Source: Cladosporium halotolerans (Eukaryota). Taken from it: a stretch of DNA of 64,000 nt. The stretch covers positions 1 to 64,000 of the forward strand of contig NW_027191507.1 of NCBI RefSeq assembly GCF_011745625.1, given 5' to 3'. A program made the translations under genes and the position numbers. The number at the start of each line of letters is the position of its first letter. Position 1 is the first letter of the stretch. The notes beneath the pieces were generated by a model. The model saw only the letters and a program-made list of their open reading frames with translations. It made no database searches and had not been told where the DNA came from. Shown here piece after piece: positions 58,492-64,000 of the stretch.

Positions 58492-60324
58492 CTAGAGTAT
58501 GTTGTTTGAAAAAAAATTACTTGACATTTCATCTGTCAAAAAAAGATCGAACCAAAATGGGTTATTGCCCATGCTGTCGCTGTCGGCCATGGCACTGTCT
58601 CGGAAAGAAGTAGCGTGAGGCGACAAGGCATGCGTCGAGAAAATGGTCTCGGCAACGACTTTGAGACAACGCGCTGAATTTTGAGCGAGCGTGTATCGCT
58701 CACCTAGCCTTTGCAGTGCACCGAGCATCAGAACGACTCTGTCTCTATGCTGTTGGAGGCAGTCTAGCCCGCCACGGGGTACATGGATGGATCCTGCCGC
58801 GAGTTGAATAACGCATCCTAACACCAGGCCACAAATGAAAAAGGGCGAATTTCTGTCTAAACGCCATGGCACAGTAGCGAGGTTCGCCAAATCCTTTGAA
58901 GCGGCGATAGCTTTGACAGTGTGGTGTCTGGAAGTAGGCGCCAATTGTATATAGCCGTTCGCACAGGCGATGTCTTTTGCAGACGGCACCGTGTCGGGCA
59001 GGTCGCTCCTGGGGAAATGAAGGAAGATGGTAGCGCACGCAATGATGCAGCGTGCTTCGAAAAGCATCAAATCGACATCTCCCGAAGGACCAACGACGTC
59101 TCTATATAAGAACGGGAGATTGTAATCCCAACCTGCAAGCGCGTTATTTAGTGCCTGGATGTTGTCAGGAAGAGCATCGTCCTGGGAAGCAATAGTCAGA
59201 ACTCGGCTGACAAGCGGATCGCATCTATGCGAAAGCACAAAGTTGAGAAGCTGGCTTGCGGCTCCGGTGAAAAAACTCGATTCTCAAACGCTCGGAGTAT
59301 AGGAGGGCTTGGATCACATTCACCTGCTTCATAGGGCCTGGGCACATGGTAGAAAGGGGAGCGTCTTTGCGCAGGCGGTTTGGAAAATCGGACGGCGGTG
59401 TATCGCCGCGAAATAGATGTCGACGGTGTACAGCTCCCACCATGTCCTTCGGAGACTCTCTTCCACCAAAGAGGAACAAGCTGAATTTTCTCGCGCGAAG
59501 GTCGGCTCCTGCATGCCCAAATCCAACACGATGCTGGCAGCACGAGTGACACACGCGGCGGCCTCTGTGGGCTGCTGACGGGCGTGAAAAATGATAGCGT
59601 ACAAAACCAGTGCTTGGACCCTAGAGGGCTTCTGCTCGTGAGGCTCCAACATGGCAGAAGAAACTGCCTCTTGGAGCCCTAAGTCTCCAGGCATGGACGT
59701 CGCATAGTGCTGTCCAGCGAAGCATACGACCAGATCGAGGTAGTGCGGATACTGTTGCGCCGCGTAAAAAGGCCTAGGCACAAGGAAGGGATGTGCGGCA
59801 AAGAAATGGATATAGAAGAGGTTGAGCGGGCGGTCGTGGTCGGAAGGATTGAGTGCCCACGTCGACGGCACGGCGGGAGTTAAGGATGGCAAAGGCAGTT
59901 GTGGATTGCTGAGGCATCCTGGGACAGTGGATGTTGACGAACAAGAAGCGGCAAGGGCCGGACAGGCGGCGAGGGCGGTATGGGAGGTGTTGCTGCTGGC
60001 GGACCGTGCAGATGCGGCTGTGGGCGGCGTCGGTGGCGCGGTGGTGTCTGCAGCGGGACCAGCTCCTGCCGCAGCAGGCAAAGGTCGGTGATTGCGAGGT
60101 CGATGTGGAGAAGCATTTGCATGTGCCGGATCGCCTCGCCTGCCGCGGCGGCCAAGTCCACGGCGGGAAGCGGTGTAAGAGCAGGCAACAGCGTCGACAA
60201 GGCAGCGGCCACAGGTGGGCGACGCGCCGTCGCACTTGAGATGTTTGCGTCGACACCCATCACACGCCAGCGGCGCCGGGCGAGCGGTGGCGTCAGAGTT
60301 GGCAGCGGCGGTGGCGGTGGCCAT
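58492..60324 (-). CDS. Zn(II)2Cys6 transcription factor with a fungal middle-homology region; apparent frameshifts near 59331 and 59210
   Basis: ACDGCRRKHLKCDGASPTCGRC....AC, FYIHFFAAHPFLVP, EESLRRTWWELYTVD, LPFLP, FLHFPRS, SPFFICG. Confidence 0.88.
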
Positions 60325-60679
60325 GAAGGAGAAGATATCGATAAATTGCATGTCCAGCCTTTGAGAACTCCAGCTTGTCGCCGGTCTTGTGTTGTGAGAG
60401 GACAGCCCTGAGCAAGAATTCGGCGACTGGGACTCGGCGACTACAAGTCTCCACAAGCGGTGGCGTCAGCTCATCGCCCGTTGAGGAACAGACCCCGAGA
60501 AAGATCGCCGACAGCAACCTTCAGTCCCGAAGACGCCGGATGGCTAAGATCAATCAATTTACATCTCGTGCTTCAGCTCCTGCAACTCCCGCACTCGCGT
60601 CGCAGCAACTAATTACCTCTTGGGAGCGCACACATACCATCGAGCCTCCAAACCAAGCCACGCATCATCCCTCGCGAAA

Positions 60680-60962
60680 ATGTGCAAAAAGGCAACCTGT
60701 GACACGTGCGGTCGGTCTCTCCTACCTACTCTTCACTCCGCCCGATTCTAACGCCTTTTGTGTCGCAGGCAAGCGATCCTGGTGGGGATGCGGCAATGTA
60801 TTACTGCTGCCAACTCTCTACGCGACAAGCATAAACTAACGTGTCGGCAAGCACATCCCAAGCATCATGGATTCCGTGCAGGAGCAAGACAGATGCAAAT
60901 GCGGGCCCAGGGTCTTTGCGGAGGGCAAGGAGTATCCTCCGAAGGCCGCTCAAGCCGATTGA
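60680..60962 (+). CDS. 56-aa Cys/His microprotein, 3 exons (60680-60710, 60769-60797, 60852-60962)
   Basis: Spliced product MCKKATCDTCGKRSWWGCGNHIPSIMDSVQEQDRCKCGPRVFAEGKEYPPKAAQAD*. Both introns are GT-AG with CTAAC branch points. Confidence 0.85.
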
Positions 60963-61655
60963 CTGTAAGGAGGAGGATAGAACGTTTGGGAGGCTCCGAT
61001 AGAGCATCTACGTACCACTTTCCCACCCACGTCTGTTGCCATTTGGAGTCCAGATCATACCTGTACACCCTTCAATCGTCTCCTTCATAGACATGGAACC
61101 AACCTTGGCTATCGCCATCAAATCACCAGCGTTTCGAATCATGCTTGCACAAGCTCTGCTAGATGAAGCGAACCAACCCAATCCTTCATTCTGTTCTATC
61201 GCAGGTCAGGTTTGCTCGTCGCAGAATTCACATACGCGCGGCAACTGGCCGGAATGTTACACAGCTAGTCCGGACACACACTCTTGGAGCCATTAGCCAT
61301 TAGGAATGGTCGGGCGACAATGAGTGCACACTGAACTTTCGCCTTACCTCGGCGAGCTCAACATTAATATTCTGTAATCGCCGTCGAAGTCGGCGATCAA
61401 ACCCAAGGTCTTGACCTTGCCTTAGGGAGGTAGACTGTGACATGGGTCGTGCAAGACAAGGTCTTCGATTACAAAGATGGTTCGCCACCGGCACTATATG
61501 AACGACGAGTTCCGTCCGCAGCGTTTCCAAGTCCCCCTATCCGCCACAGAAACCGTAACATTAACAAAGCCAGCGCGAATTGTGCCTGTTAGAAACGCCG
61601 CCACTACCGAGCCGTTGTCACAGCGTGTTGACGCGATCTTCCTAAATCATTCAAC

Positions 61656-62729
61656 ATGCTATCCGGATCCATATCCGCCGCTTGCACAGGAGCAATCTTC
61701 GGCGCCTCACTCACAGCATCGGGTGTCTATCTCCCTTTTGTGATAATCGGTCAATTCCGGCTGGCAGACTTCCACATGTTCCACGTCTTTGCAACAGCCA
61801 TGGGCTCAAGCGCGTAAGTAGCAAGTCAAACCGTCGCCACGAGCTCGCAAACGTTGTTTGCGCGTGCGCTAATTTTTCACTGCTCCAGTATCGTCATGCT
61901 CGCATTGGATAAACTCGACATCATCAAGCGGCCGGTACGAATGAACTCGACGCTAGATCTTTGGTCACCATACGACGCAAATCTGGCTGGCGGCGTTCTA
62001 GTCGGAATCGGAATGGCGCTGTCAGGGGCATGTCCTGGCACGGTCCTGGTTCAACTTGTCCAAGGAATACCATCTGCAAAGGCCACAGCCTCCGGAGCCT
62101 TGCTAGGTGCTGCACTTTACATATGGTTCAAAGAGCGGCGCAAGAAGGCTCAACTTGGGGCTGAAGGGGAACGAAACACCTGCAGAAAGACGATATCTGA
62201 CGTGTCCAAAGTCCCTGAATTTGCCGTATACTCATTATTTGGGGTGGCGATCGCGGTGATTTTGCGATTTACACGAGCTGGGAGCGAGCAATCTTTGGCA
62301 TTGCCCGTGGCCGGTGGCTTTCTGATCGGCTGCGCGCAAGCCGTGTCGCTGCTACTCACTCGCAGCCCTCTCGGTGTCTCGACCGCCTACGAACACCTTA
62401 GCCGACACATCCTCAATGCATTGCGCGGAGAGATTGGAGCAAGGCCAAGCCTTCCCTCGAAACCCATCATCTTTTCCCTTGGTATCGTTGCCGGAAGCAT
62501 TGCCTTGCTTGCGAGCAATCCCAGCTTCGGCAACTCAGCACACGAGTCTGCTGTACCGGCATGGCAGGCTTTCATTGGGGGTGTTGTCATGACTTTCGGC
62601 GCCAGGCTGGGGGATGGCTGCACTTCTGGACATGGATTGTCTGGCCTCAGTGCCATGTCTGCTTCAAGTCTTGTGACAGTGGCTGCGATGTTTGGTGCTG
62701 GTATCTCGACCAGGGCGTTGATGGCATGA
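61656..62729 (+). CDS. YeeE/YedE-family sulfur (thiosulfate) transporter; intron 61814-61888
   Basis: GAIFGASLTASGVY...QF...F, GGVLVGIGMALSGACPGT, LGVSTAYE and GGVVMTFGARLGDGCTSGHGLSG: the Cys-containing YeeE motifs in a multi-TM protein. Confidence 0.9.
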
Positions 62730-64000
62730 TGCAGAAGAGGCTACCGATGCAAGATCATCGAACCCTTCGATTGCAGAACTCATCTCCTCCTTCCAGACAC
62801 TTGCGCGGCACTCGACATTACATGGCCAGAAGCCAAACACATATGCAGTCTTGCTGGTTTCCAGCAGTCTCAGATCGAGGACAGTGAAGACATTCGCATG
62901 TGGGTGGGTCCGCTACTTAACTCTTGCAAGTATACTTATTTCTTCTCGTGCAGTCACCGAGCCAATTTCATGACCTCCGTCTCTTGATATGCTCCATGAC
63001 TCGATGTGGTCCTTGCTCTAAAGGTACTCCTTACCCTAACGAGGATCGCCTCTTCACATGCGCTGTGCCCAAATTTTCTCCAATCTTTATCACAGCTTCG
63101 CCCCGCAAGTCACTTGTATATCTCAATCCTCAGCTTCCTCTACCCCCTTGAATACTGTGATCGGGCAACAAGCCAAGAGGCTTCCTGCAATTTCAGACAT
63201 TCAATACACCATGATGCTGGCCAGACATTGATACAATGTCCTGCAATTGTTCCTTTCGCATTTGGCAGGAAGCATTTATCCAGTAGCTCAACAATAAATC
63301 TTGAGCCTTCCTCAGAACTCTAGCGTGATTGTGTTCCACTCCTGATTCTGTGGCCATGTTGTGATGGTGTAAGAGATCTTTGATTTTGAGTGAACTATTG
63401 AAGAGGCAAAATCATCTACATACACAAGTGAAGCGGAAAGTATCGTTCGCCTCGAGCCGGAATTCTTGGCAATTTGCCACCCGTAGCTCGAACGCCATTA
63501 CTCTTGCTTCGCCCGCGGCGTGCCACTGTACACCACTCCGGGATATCTCCTCACTCACTGCATCCTCATCGGCTGGTCGCCGTTTCACATTCATGCATTA
63601 TTGACTCGGGTGGCTGTATGCCATTCGTTCGTTCGCTTGCGACTCGACCTCCTCGGCCTTGCTGTCGACTTTCGTCGCGCCCGGTCTTTCGATGTGAGTT
63701 GCAAAGAGCGCTTTCGCTCTTCTGGTAGCCCGCTGCTCGACCTCGGCCACGATTGACATTTGTCGCAGGTTTTCCGAACGTCTGAGACGCGAGGGGTTGT
63801 TGCTGCTCGTCACTGAGGACCTTGGGATCGACTTTCATCATACCTGGCCCAGAGATTCGAGTTGCTCGTGCTGGCTGCATGCTTGCCACTCCTGGTCGGT
63901 GCATCGACTTGTATCGTGCCCGGTTTAGACGTGCGTGCCGCGAGGTTTGCCCGCTGCTTATCAACCATGACTTGGCCCTTGGGCATTGCCTTGGGATGCT

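Noticed and set aside
63380..64000. Minus-strand ORF fragments at the right edge, possibly a further cluster gene
   Set aside because: No recognisable domain (no SQR or rhodanese motif), and the region is cut by the window edge.

Overview
Eukaryotic DNA from a filamentous ascomycete: short GT-AG introns with CTRAC/CTAAC branch points, a Zn2Cys6 factor and a pogo/Fot1 transposase. It reads as an accessory or mobile region, with lineage-specific genes, gene remnants and several frameshifted genes. From left to right it holds: the 5' part of a pogo/Fot1 transposase; a nucleotidyltransferase-like ORF; oxidoreductase and MAPEG remnants; a divergent intronless TEY MAP kinase head-to-head with an ABCG half-transporter; a head-to-head pair of patatin-like proteins; a broken O-methyltransferase; an OSCA/TMEM63 channel; Myb-like, JmjC-like and C2H2 genes; and a 1488-aa telomere-linked RecQ helicase. 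Three candidates stand out. (1) The middle of the helicase carries a tyrosine-recombinase-like R-K-xxxR-H-Y constellation, suggesting a self-mobile element. (2) A five-gene cluster at 55.3-62.7 kb (ETHE1/Blh-like persulfide dioxygenase, a metal-less paralog, a Zn2Cys6 factor, a 56-aa Cys/His microprotein missing from the ORF track, and a YeeE/YedE transporter) has promoters that share a repeated CGGCGA motif. (3) The two patatins show reciprocal loss of GTPase and lipase motifs. All family calls come from motif recognition by eye; no searches were run.
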